Source: Spirogloea muscicola (taxonomy: Eukaryota). From it: a stretch of DNA of 64,000 nucleotides. Position numbers and translations under genes: made by a program. Positions 52,131 through 64,000 of this stretch are shown here, in pieces; the stretch's first letter is position 1, and every line of letters begins with the position of its first letter. The notes beneath the pieces are model-generated. The model saw only the letters and a program-made list of their open reading frames with translations, was not told the origin of the DNA and ran no database searches. Location: positions 1,322,296-1,386,295 of the forward strand of contig WELB01000002.1 of NCBI GenBank assembly GCA_009602725.1. Direction: 5' to 3'.

Positions 52131-55100
52131 TCAGACGTGCAGTGAAGCTGCGACACTTGCCCCAAGGAGGAGCTTTGATGTCTCCGACAAGCTGTCTGAG
52201 CCAGTTGTGTCCTGCCTGAACTCTTCCTTCTGTCCTGGCTCTGCCATGCACTCGGGAGTATAAGCGTGCACTATTTCTTCAAGCGTCGGCACCTCCCTCA
52301 CCACTCCGTCCAGCATGTCCTCCCTGGTACTCTTGAGTTTCTGATATCCCTTCTTATCACTTGACTCATAGGCCACAGGTGCAGGCTGTATACAAAGCAG
52401 CAAAGAGACTCATGAAGGCTGCAATGCGCCCTGCAACAGAGCTGACTATGTGCAAAGGTTGCCTAGGTTGCTGCAGCTTGAGGCTGTTGCCTGAGGATTG
52501 TGAGACCAATGGGCTGCTGGCTTTCCAACACTAGCGCATGCCATCATAAATTTTACGAAATCTGGTCAGACTTTAATATGTACTTCGACAATCTCACTGG
52601 AACATCTAACGACGTAGGCAATCGTCGGGGTGAGAAGTACCTGCTGTCGAGCTGTTTCCAAGGAAGTAAAGTAGAAGGACGGGTAGAAGCACTGGTTGCA
52701 GTAGGCATAGAAAGCGGCAGTAGCCAAGGGAAGCGGAACGAGAACAACAGTGGCACTGAACCTCTTGATGCCAAAGTATCCCAGCATAGTGATCTGAGTT
52801 GGGTCAAATGACTCGTCAAATATGCACCTCAAAGCAGAGTCGGCTAAGATTTTCCAATGATACGTTAGGAAAATTCACCAACTGAAGCTTCGTCAGCCAG
52901 AACTGGACATATTGCCATCTGACACTACAGATAGTCCTCATGCCCAAGTCACAGATCCGCATACTGCTTTCATGTTGCCAACATAGCAGCTCACGGCATG
53001 TACAAGAAAGCCCGGCAGTGGAGAATCTAGACCTGGGCTGTGAAAAGGACGGCCAATATCCTGCTGCTGATGTGCCGCCACATCCGGCCTCCGCCTTCAA
53101 ATGAGGGCACATAAACATTCATGGCCTGTAGGACGACACAAGTAAGCAAATGCATCTTGCATCAGCAACAACCTTTTGTCAATCTAACGTAAGCTGCAAG
53201 CACAACTAGAAAGTAGGGGCCTGCCTCACAGCGCCACAGACACTTCACACATACATAGAACATAAAAGCGAAGGAGGTCACGCACTATGCTGTATGATGG
53301 GAAACAGGGACAATGAAGAGTGGACCTGGTGCCTCATGGTAAGCCAGCCAAAAGCGAAATACAGAGCTGTGAATGGCAAGATGATGGGAGCAATGACAGC
53401 ATAACAAAGTCCCAGTGTCATAATAAGTAAATCAAAGGGAACATGTGCCCCGTATGTTGTGGGTCCTGGTTGCCAAGAATCATTCACATCCTTCTGCGTC
53501 TTGCAGAAGAATGCCCGCTGTGCATAATACTGGATGAAAGGCACTGGCCGGAGTAGCTCGATGCCGTATCCAACAAACAGCCTATCACAGTGAGCTTGAA
53601 GCAAAATGAGCGCCCAAGCATAGGAGCAGCCACATGCTAAAGTAAAGGGGAGAAGCCTTCGTATGTATAGCGCACAACTTACTTCAAGGCCACGAAGGTG
53701 ATGAAGAAGTTGGCATTTGGCGGTAGTGAGGCCCCCAGAATGCTCAGCACTTGCATGGGCTCCTTCACAACGAGCTGGATGGTCTGGAAAATTGAACCGC
53801 TCACAGTACCTCCAATAAATACATTGAAGATGATAAAGTAGAAGTATTTCTCCATGGTGGCCCTTGTCACAGTGCTTTCTTGCGGATAGCCTTCAAAGCG
53901 ACTGAGGTAAGTCATGAAGACTGGAATGAAGGTGAGGGCGGTTGCCAGAATCAAGGGAGGAAGGTACGCTTCCAGGGCATTCTTCAGCACCGGCCTGGTC
54001 GTGCACTGACAATGATCAGTGATAAGTCCGAGCAATTGCATAATCTGAAGTATGCAGACGCAAGTCTTCTCCTGTATTAATCAGGACCAGGAGGTTGTCT
54101 GTACGTAAATAGAGACTGAATCTATAAGTCTCAAGCTATCACAAGGACTTCTGCAAGATTGGAACACTCACATATTAATTAAGCGTTTCGCAAACGGAAA
54201 AATCTTCCTGAAATTGTCTATTGTTGTCAGGGATGTTGCAAAGGTAATGGGGATCTGCAGCAGCAAAATTGACGTGGCAGGGCTCCTCATTAGATTGACC
54301 ATGCAGCCCCCTTCTGACCAACAAGAAGGCCACGTGCTATCTCCACAAGAATCTGATGCAGACAGCATCCAGGCGTACTCTGCGGGACTTTTGACATAGC
54401 ATGTTCAGAAAGATGAGCTCCTTGCTCAAGCAATTACCATGTAAAAGCAGACTGTCAAGAATACGATGAAGTTAGCTATGATCTGACGGGCTATCCGCTC
54501 TGTCAATGGAATTGTTAGATTCTCCCAAATGACTTCACGTGGCTCTGGGGCTGGACTTGTGATCCACGTCTCAGCGTGCTGAGCATGGACAATCTGTCAT
54601 TCACAGGCAAACCGCATAGTTGAGTTAGGAGTTTGTATGAACATGGTGATCGTGCCCATTGCAGAATTTGTGATACCATGAAATTGTTTTGGTTACTACG
54701 TCACCTGCGAAGCAATGGCAGCAGCGGGACGGCTGTTGAAGATGGCTAATGCAGCTACAGGCTCACTCTCTTCACGGGTGAGTCTCTGCTCTCGTTCAAC
54801 CTGACCATCCGACGAAACCACGTCAGCTTTGGCTCGTACGAACCAGATTGGCAGCTCATGAGCTGCATTGACATGAAATGAACAAACCAGCTAAGCCGCA
54901 GAAAACAAGCTGCATGAAAGAAAGGCAGACTCTGCATGCCAACAATCTGGAAAGAGTAGATACAGAATAACTGCACGAATGCGACAGGTGTTACGAAAGC
55001 CTCCAATTTCTAGCTGAGTGCAACGAGATACACTGTCTATTGGAGCATCAAGAGGCTTATACCTTGCGGCCGTAATAGTCATGTAACAAGTTCTCGTACC

Positions 55101-56795
55101 TGCTTTTCCAACTGCATCAGATGCTCGCTGTAATAGTCAATAGAATCAACTTCCTTGCCACACACTCCAAAGAGGCCTAGTCTGTGGTGTGGGCGCATGT
55201 CTCCCTTGGCCAACATGGCTCGAGCTTGCTCAAGCTGCCTCCGAGTCTTCTCAATGTCCATCCAGGTCTTCTGGACCTAAATTTTGCAGCAGACTACGCA
55301 TCAGTCTATGACTAGCCAAGGCGTGCAGTGGCTAGTCAACCTTCTCCCTGCCTTCCTATCTTTGCGCCTGCGCTTGTGATTAGCTGATGGACAGACCTTG
55401 TCCATTTTTTGTATGATGATGGCTCTCTCAAATGTGCCTGGATGCATGTCTTTCATGAAGGCTTCCACGTGCTCCTGCTGACTTTCAATGCCTCTTGGTG
55501 GAGGTATATCCCTCACAAGCACTGCATGCACATTTGGCAAGTTCCTAAAATGAGTAAGTGAGAATGCCAGCTATAGTGTGCAGTAAGCATCTGACTGGAT
55601 GTAGCAGCATCAGTGTCTCATAAGCATGCCGCCACCATGCTGCTGGTACAACCTCAGAAGCGACAGCAGCGGCAGTGCTCAGGCAAGAGAGCAATCTCAC
55701 GTTCCTAAGAGAGATGCATGGAACTGCAAGCATCGAGCTTGCTGGGGCATGTGTTATGCAACCCACTCAACTTGGTCTGAAACAGGTACTGCCAAAGTGA
55801 GAGCGAGGGCACTTGAGTCAACCTGTGTACTGATCAGGGCGAGCTCGTTCTGTGGCTTGATGTCGCCACCGCAGCTTCGAGATGTCCATGAATGCACGTC
55901 GAAGGAAAAGGAACGTGCCCATGGTGACCCAGTATGCCCCAATTGCAAACGCCCACAGCAATGGGCTACCATCCTGATTCAAGCAAGCCACAGTCATAGT
56001 CTGACATCACAATCATTTGTACGCTAAGCTGGCAGATGAACTCCACATGTCGACGGCTGTATGCCAGCACCTGCAGCACCTGCAGCTCATGAGAAACAGG
56101 TGTACCTGAATGTTGCCCATGGCAAGCAGATCCAGCGAGTCGTATCTGAACTTCTGCCCAGGCTCGACCTGGTGCTCATTGTGTGACTCATAGTAACCCC
56201 CTTGAGCGCAGAGGGGAATGAGCACGAGGCAGCAGTAGACAGCCGCAAAGATGGTGATGTGCAGACCTGCATTTACCACCAAAAGCTCAGCACTCTACAC
56301 ACGAAGTTGCTTACACTCACAGCTTACCACAAAGTCATGATGAGCTACTAATGCATTACCATAAAGACGTTGTACAAAAGCCGCTAGATGCCAATCAGAA
56401 CCTTCTTCCGTAGTCCTGCAAGCGAGAAGTTGCAGAGTAGCCGGCCATGCAAGCAATCCACCCCTAAGCACGGAGATGCGGACTGGGCTAGGTGAGTTGA
56501 TGGAGCAAAGATGGCGTCGCCCACATGTCAAGAGAAGCCTCAGGTAGACGGCGGCGTCGACGCCAGCGAAGGCGATGATCTCCTCCTCGGTGACGGACCG
56601 GGCCTCCGCGAGCCAGCTGAAGAGGCCCTTCTTCTCCACGTGCTCCGGCGGGCCCTGGCCCGACAGCAGCCGCGCCGGGTAGTAGACCGGGAAGTTGGCG
56701 CGCCGCTTGGACAGCAGCACGTAGACGAGGAGGATGCCCAGGAAGAGGACGAAGGACGTGGAGACGGAGGTGAGGAGCGCCGAGAGCGTCGTCAT
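52131..56795 (-). CDS. OSCA/CSC1 (ERD4-like) calcium-permeable stress-gated channel
   Basis: ALLTSVSTSFVLF...NFPVYYPARLL; GVDAAVYL; LDLLAMGNI; AVLVRDIP; VDSIDYY; AAIASQ..HAQH...PAPEPREVIWENL; LEAYLPPL; LGASLPPNANFFITFVAL; YAVIAPIILPF. Confidence 0.92.
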
Positions 56796-57635
56796 CCTCG
56801 CGCCGCCGCCGCCTCCGCGCTCCCGCTGGCCTCGCGCTCACGACGGCGCGCCACGAGAGCCTCGGCGAGGCTCTCGCCGCTCGCGAGATGACCAGCGGCC
56901 GACGCCGACGGCTGCGGCGGCGGCGGCGGCGGCGGCGGCGGGTGGCTTGCGCGAGCCGTCGGAGGTGAGCTTGGACCGCCATGGCTGCCTGCCACCTTTT
57001 CCCACTTGGCTGCTCGCTTTCAGTGACACTTGTCGAATTAGTGGCAAGGGCCATAGGCTAGTTCGCGTGGCCAGGCAGCCTAACGCGCTACTGAAGGGTG
57101 GCGTTACATGCGAGCACTTGGATTTTTTTTTGACAGACTTCCCCCCACTGCCAGCAGTCGTCAGCTTGGCCAGGACAAAGACAGCTTGACCATGAGCGAC
57201 ACACCAACAAACCACTGCTTGTGCTGGGTTCCAGAGGCAGTGGTGCCTGAGCAAATGACTGCCCAGTGGAGCATTTTCTGCAAGGCGTGCAGTCCGTATT
57301 GCAGTCCATGTACTGTGCGAGTAATCATCTGTAAGCGGTAACTTGCATTCGACTACATAAGTAATCCAGCAAGTTTGCAAAGAGCACAAATTTGTTAAAC
57401 TGTTGTTCTCATGAGTATAAACGAGGAGATTGGGAAGCAATATCCTCTGACATGAAAAGAAATCAATGAATGATGGAAGCACATGAGAGGCCTGCTTTAA
57501 TTTCGGGTCAACACACAACACAACTGCCCAAACAGCAGTAATAAAATCATCAGGAAGGTGCACACCACTCCCAAGGAGGAGCGTTTTCAAATTCTTCGCT
57601 GCGGCTTCACAAGTATCATAGGCCCTCGAGGCTGC

Positions 57636-60600
57636 TCATGCCTTTGACTTTTTGTGCTCCTTTGCCATGCTGATGAAGTCCTCAAAACCTGCATACCAGC
57701 AGAACCGAGTCAACAATGCTCCAGTATGGGGTTCAACATCTGATCTTGGTGACGTGATTGTGAGCTCTCACAATGCTTGTGGTATTGTAAGGTTGCTCAC
57801 ATGAATCAGAATCGTGTGGACCAGGTGAAGACTCCGGGTGGTACTGGATGCTCATCAGCCGCATGGCAGGGTACGTCATCCCCGCGCAGGTGCCATCGTT
57901 TAAGTTGATGTGCGTGACCTCCACACCCTCTGGCAGCGTCTTGGGGTCCACAGCATAATTGTGATTCTAGGCAATAGAAAGCATGTGCATGTTAGATCAA
58001 TTGCACTCCATGTCAAGATCAAGAATCCAAAAGGTCTCCAGTACAGTAATAGTGAAAGGCTGGCATAAGGTGATTCCAGGATTAGCTCACCTGTGCACTG
58101 ATCTCAACACGACCAGAAGGAACGTGTCGCACAGGGTGGTTGCCACCGTGATGGCCAAACTTCATCTTGAATGTGGTGCCCCCAAGAGCCTGACCAAGGA
58201 GTTGGTGTCCCATGCAGATGCCAAAAACAGGTACCTTGCCGATGACCTGCTTGACGTTCTCCACGGCGTAAGGAACGGCGGAAGGATCGCCAGGACCATT
58301 GCTGCATACGAGAGTGACAGGCACATTCGCTGAGTTCTTCAACAGCTTTGTTGACAACTATCATCAGCTCGATGTTCCAAAAAGAACACTATCTGCACAG
58401 GGAAACAGATGCCGTCCACAAAGATGCCAAGACGTACCTAAATAGAACTCCATCGGGGTTCAAAGCAATGACTTCCTCTGGCGCGTAAGTGGAAGGGACC
58501 ACTGTGATCTTGGCGCCATAAGAAGCCAGCCGTCGGAGCATGTTCTGCTTCACTCCAAAGTCGTATGCCACAATCTGCACATATAAGCACCTCAGTTGAT
58601 AGTCACCCAGTTAGTTGCCACGAGTGGCATGCAGCAAAATCAAAGTTGCTGCTTCTGCATGCCGAGAGCAATCCCCTACAGTCAATACAAAGAACTGATA
58701 AAAGCTGCGACCTTCTACCAAGCACGTCACATTGTCAAGCTGCAGTGGCCAGTCCTTTGTGAGCTGTGCCATTATGCAGAATATTGCGGGATAGCATTAT
58801 TGACTTACATGGACGACATCAGGTGCATCTGCCACCAAGTTCCTGTTGAACTCCCAGGCATCCTCTGTCTTGTCCTCCCATACGTATGGCTCCTCGCAGC
58901 TCAGGGGGGAAATGAGATCCTTGCCTGCGACCCACAAACCGCGAAAGGTCAGCAGGGCATGACTTGAGTTATTTCCTTTGACTTCCTGCTCCAAAAATAA
59001 AGCACATAGGTTACTGACATTTATCTATTTGAAATTGACCCGTTGAAGTCGACCAACTCTTTGTGTAAAGTCTGTGAGCACACTGAATATGCTAAATAGA
59101 TTTACACGGTAGAGAGCTTCCACCCAACAGTATGCCATGATAAGAGCGAGCCAATTTTCAAGTGAAAGAAACTTCACCAAGAATGTTGAAGCCCTTGGCA
59201 GTCTCTACAAGTTCCTCGTCGGTCTTCTTTGAGTCGGTCGTCAGCACTCCTGTGTTTCCAAAGTAACAGGTTCTTAGTATGTAGGCCTTGATTGAAGGCC
59301 TGCTCTCAAGTAAAGATCTTCCCACTGCAGCCCTTCATAATGAGCAGGCTGTCGGATGCTCTGCTCTAGATACTCACAAGCCGTATCCATTAAGACTATA
59401 GGAAATTGACCCACTTTGCTTGTATAAACAAACTGGACTATTTGCTTATGTGCTTACCATTGAGGCAGCCACGTTCTCTTAATCTGCGGGTGATTGCTCG
59501 AGTGTCTACATCCGCTGCATTGACAACCATATAAGGCACGATCGGGTGTCAATCCTCGTGTTATTTTCTCCAGGTTGACAGCGACTACCAGCAAAAATGG
59601 ACCTTCTAGCACTTCCACGTTAGAAAGACTTCCTTGCACCCGTTTGAGACAGAAAATGGTCCAGAACGCTAGCGAACTTACTGATGCCCATGACTCCACG
59701 CTGCTTGAGGTAGTCAGGCAATGTCTGTGTTGCCCTCCAATTCGAGACACTGTCACGAAGTGGAGGAAATCGTCAAAGGCCCGGCACAGCTAGCAGCAGC
59801 TTGCTCCTACCAAGCAAGTAAGCAGCAATGTACAAGATGGTGCATGCGAATCTAGGAATCTGCATCACAGGGCTTGACTTCATGGAAGCGCTACTACTCA
59901 CCAGTCACTGAGATTACGAATAACAAGTGCTTGCAGGAAGCAGGTCCTTGACTCTTCGTCACCTGTAAGGAGCCCAGCATATGCGGACATGTAACTGCAC
60001 TCGTACTAGTCCACAAAAACAGGAGTGGCTCCTACGACGAAAAGACTGCAACATGGAGGTAGTCAATGTCCAAAGTGTCTAAGTCCTTACCAAAGTTGAC
60101 CCCGGTGTTGCCAATGTGAGGTGTTGTCATAAGGACGAACTGGCCCGCATAGCTGGGATCCGTCAAAATCTCCTGGTACCTGCAAATACATCAATATATT
60201 CAGATTCACGTTAAAGACGTGCGCACAGCTGGACAGCAGCAAGGACAGAGAGCCCACTGGAACGACTACCAAAACACTTACCCAGTCAGCGACGTGTTGA
60301 AGACTACTTCACCCACTTGAGTGCCTCTCGCTCCAAAGCCTTTCCCTTTCCAGACAGAACCGTCTTCCAACACAAGGCGAGCATCGGCCGTCTTCCATGG
60401 TCTCTCAATAGCTGCGTTCGAGCAAAATGTCTTGGAAAAGTCAACTCAGCACAGACTTGTGTTCCCCAAGTACTCTACTGCACATCCTGACCTGACAATG
60501 CCAAAGACTTCAATACCAGGCACTTGCCTCTGATCATCCGCTAGTATAAACTCATTGGCGCTTCATTGATGCAAAGGCACAAGGAAGGCAGAGCCCCAGC

Positions 60601-60897
60601 AACCAGTATACATGATCCCATGTTTTGAGGTGACTCACAAGCTGCGCTGGCGACGACTGTCCCGCGATGACCACATTGCCTGCTCCTCTGCTTGAGGGTT
60701 GCCTGCCTCGAGAGAGCGCTGCCGAGGTACAGAGAAGCTGAGGAGCTCAGGGCCGGCGCAGCGCGCTGTTCCAAGGAGGCCTTCTGCAGAGGTAGAGCAG
60801 CTGGCAGCTGATCTCTGTGCTGCCCGAGAGTAGTAGACGTGGAGCTCAGCGCTGCTCCGGGTGCGAGTGCATGCCGTGCCAAGCCGGCAGTGGCCAT
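57636..60897 (-). CDS. carA: Carbamoyl-phosphate synthase small subunit with N-terminal transit peptide
   Basis: [102 protein letters not shown]; last exon [16 protein letters not shown]. Confidence 0.96.
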
Positions 60898-61244
60898 GCG
60901 GGCAGCGCAGCACCGAGGCCGGCGGCACAAGCGCGGAAGGCACGCGGCGGACGACAGCCCTCGAGAGTGCAGCTGCCGCAGAGCTAAGGCGTCCTCAGCC
61001 GGGCAGAGCGCCGTAGCGGGACGCGGATGCCTGGCGCGCGAGGGGCGCTGATCGCGGGCGCAGGGGGCGGCGGCGGGCGGAGCGGGCGCCGGCGATCGGA
61101 GCGGGCGCCGCGAGGGTGGCGGTGATGGAAATGGCGGGCGCTGGCGGCGGCGCCGTTTATTTAGGCAGCCTGATGCTGCAGCTGGAGCACGGCCAGCAAG
61201 CAGATCGATTGCTAGCCAGGCACCGGGCTTTGATGAGGAAAAAG

Positions 61245-61400
61245 AAAGAAGGAAGTGGCTGCTGATATTGAAAGAGCGGCTGTGAAAGCCAGCCAGATGC
61301 ATACAGGTGTTCATGACGGAGCCACAGCCTAGACAGCCAGGGCGCTCTTAGTAACCCCGTGTCAGCAGTAGGAAGTCAGATGAGCTGAGGGGAGGAAAAG
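61245..61400 (-). mobile_element. 3'-end fragment of CRE-like element between divergent carA and RPN6
   Basis: Reverse strand reads PLSSSDFLLLTRGY* then the 3'UTR shared with 23170-23345, ~28260-28340 and ~18030-18100. Confidence 0.75.
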
Positions 61401-61618
61401 GAGGAGACTCACTGACTCAGGCTTCGGCAACCTATAAATTCTTAATTGCTCTGCAAGGTCGGGGGAGATGGTTGGGCTATATTGATGTCCTTTCTAAGTG
61501 ATGCAGCATCAGGTCGTGCATAAGAATAGCAAAAGCCTTGGAAAATGCTAATAGCTTCATTGAGGAAACATGCAAGAAACCTCTTTGTCAAAGTTAAGCG
61601 TCATTCGCCAGCGGCGCC

Positions 61619-64000
61619 ATGGAGCCCCCCGCCGGAGCCGCCGGCGACGACGAGGGCGGCGGGCCTGAGAGCATGGCCGTGGATGCCGCGCCGCCGCCGC
61701 CGCCGCCGCCGCCCCCGCCGGCGGAGGCTGCGGCCTCCTATCCGGCCACCACGGCGTCGCTGGAGGAGGCCGCGGAGCTCGTCAACGTCGACGACGATAA
61801 GGCGGCCGCCATCTACAGGTGCGCCGGGCGGGCTCAGAAGAAAAGGTGAACTGTAGCACTGCAAGTTGTAAGGCGTGCTTTGCTGACGGCGTCACTGCTG
61901 ATACTCAGCGCGGTGTCGCTGGTTCAGTGGCATCATCAGAGACAGCTCGACGACTGGCGAGGCTTTGAGAACAAAGGTTACAACCTCTGCGCTCGTTCCT
62001 TCGATGATACTAGCTGGGCTGAGGAGTTTGCACTGTTGGATTGGAATTCGTGGCTTCTTGTCTTCACTACTTCGACACCAGTCTGCTTACACGCTGCGAC
62101 CAGCCTGCTGAGGGGCAGGTGGCACCAGGAAGCATCAATCGTGGCATGCATGGTATACAGGAACTCTAAGACGTCAGTTCATGGTCACGTTGGCAGGAGA
62201 CAGCTATAAATGAGTTAGGGGAGATTTTGGCACGTCAAGGCAAAGCAGGAGCTCTGAGGCAGCTCTTGACAGAGCTCCGGCCCTATTTTGATCTAGTCGC
62301 CAAAGCCAAGACTGCGAAGATCGTCCGCACCATCATTGACCTCGTAGCCAAGGTTCCCGGCACCACTGCACTGCAGGTGCTACCCTGTGCTTTTGCGCGC
62401 AATCAACTTCTCATGCTATGACTATGCAGCTTGCGACTGGTCTCGGTGATGTGAAGTACTGAATATACTCCAGCAATTGCAGCTTACGCCACGGAGTTAT
62501 CTAGCCGGAGCAATTTTGTCAAGTGTGTGGCTGTCAGATGAGCGTGTCAGTGGAGGGGACCACAGGGTCCTGTAGCTCTTACAGGTCATCATGTCCTCGG
62601 CTGCTGCTCAAGCTTGCCCAAAATAGCACTGGGGGATTCATGAAGGGTCCTCAGAATAGCTGCGTGTGCTCTTTGTGGAGGAGCTCTTGTGACTCCTGAT
62701 CTTTGCTATGATCAATGAAGGTGGACCTCTGCAAGGAGATGGTGGAGTGGACTCGGCAGGAAAAGCGTACCTTCCTTCGACAGCGTGTGGAGGCTCGTCT
62801 GGCAGCACTGTACATGGAAATGAGAGACTACCAGGTCCGTTCCTCCATAGCCTGTAGCCTAGCATGACCCAGCACGGCTGCAATACTGGCTTGATTATTG
62901 TGTTGCTGATAATCACCCCTCTCTCGATCACAGGCGGCTCTGAGCCTGCTTACCAGTCTTGTGAGGGATGTGAGGAGGCTTGATGACAAGCTTTTACTGG
63001 TCGACGTTGACCTTCTGGAGAGTAGCTTGCAACATCAATTGCGCAACATCCCAAAGGCCAAGGCAGCGCTTACAGCAGCTCGCACTGCTGCTAATGCTAT
63101 TTATGTGCCTCCAGCACAGCAGGGTCAAATTGATATGCAGGTTCGTAAGTGATCGAAGGGGCATATTTGTAGCATAATTATTTCACAACACAATCACATG
63201 TCATCTGTCTTTGGGCGCACAGGCAAACTGCGCGTCTCGCCTTGCATGAAGTGCAAATCATGATTTTCTGCTATAGGCCAATGCGTGCCTTAGTCAGCTT
63301 GAAAGTATTGCTAGCGCTCCCTCGCTCAACTTATGTGTCCATCTCTTGTGCAGTCTGGTATCCTGCATGCAGAAGAGAAGGACTACAAGACTGGCTACTC
63401 CTACTTTTTTGAGGGCTTTGAAGCTTTCAACGCCCTAGATGATCCAAAGGCAGTATCGTGCCTGAAGTACATGCTCCTCTGCAAGATAATGACAAGCCAG
63501 GTATGACCTGCATCCACTGAGCATGAAGCTTTCAGTTGTGACGTGGGCATTAGTTGAGTGCTAGAGTCTCATTATTAGTGGACTTAGTAGCTGATATGAA
63601 TGTATCCTGATTGATTGCATGGATTGTGACAGGCAGAGGACGTGCACAGCATCATCTCAACTAAGGCAGGCATCAAGTATACGGGGAATGAGATTGATGC
63701 AATGAAGGCAGTGGCTGATGCACACAGCAAGCGGTCATTACAACTTTTCGAAACTGCTCTGCAGTCCTACAAGTCAGAGCTCTCAGATGACCCCATCATT
63801 GACCGTCATCTGTCTTCACTTTACGACACACTTCTTGAGCAGAACTTGGCACGACTCATTGAGCCATTCTCAAAGGTGGAGATTTCTCACATTGCAGGTT
63901 GGCCACATGTCCCTCACTCTCTGCTTGCAGCTGCCAATGCTGTTCCCTTGCCTGCACACTGAATTCAATGTGATAAGGGGCAACAAAGGATTAGACATGG
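61619..64000 (+). CDS. RPN6: 26S proteasome non-ATPase regulatory subunit 11 (RPN6), 3'-partial
   Basis: [119 protein letters not shown]. Confidence 0.97.

Overview
Gene-dense, intron-rich, GC-rich eukaryotic nuclear DNA with four assembly gaps. The gene set (RLK/Pelle LRR receptor, SHV3/GDPDL-type GPI protein, OSCA/ERD4, plastid RPL6, SAL1) points to a streptophyte; a streptophyte alga is my inference. About 12 spliced genes are present: an orphan type-I membrane protein, GFAT, an LRR-RLK pseudokinase, GDPDL, BCKDH E1-beta, TRAPPC11, a secreted Cys-rich/Pro-rich protein, RPL6, a TLDc protein, SAL1, OSCA/ERD4, CPSase small subunit and partial RPN6. Intergenic DNA holds many 5'-truncated copies of a non-LTR retrotransposon with a restriction-like endonuclease (CRE-like). 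These copies sit almost only at gene 5' flanks and share a recurrent GGGCTGG-loop-CCAGCCC hairpin. The 28.2-36.3 kb block also has a solo LTR with a perfect 5-bp TSD, a tandem Harbinger-like MITE dimer and two inverted, diverged copies of an unidentified coding fragment. All protein names come from motif recognition, not database searches; exon limits were inferred by eye.
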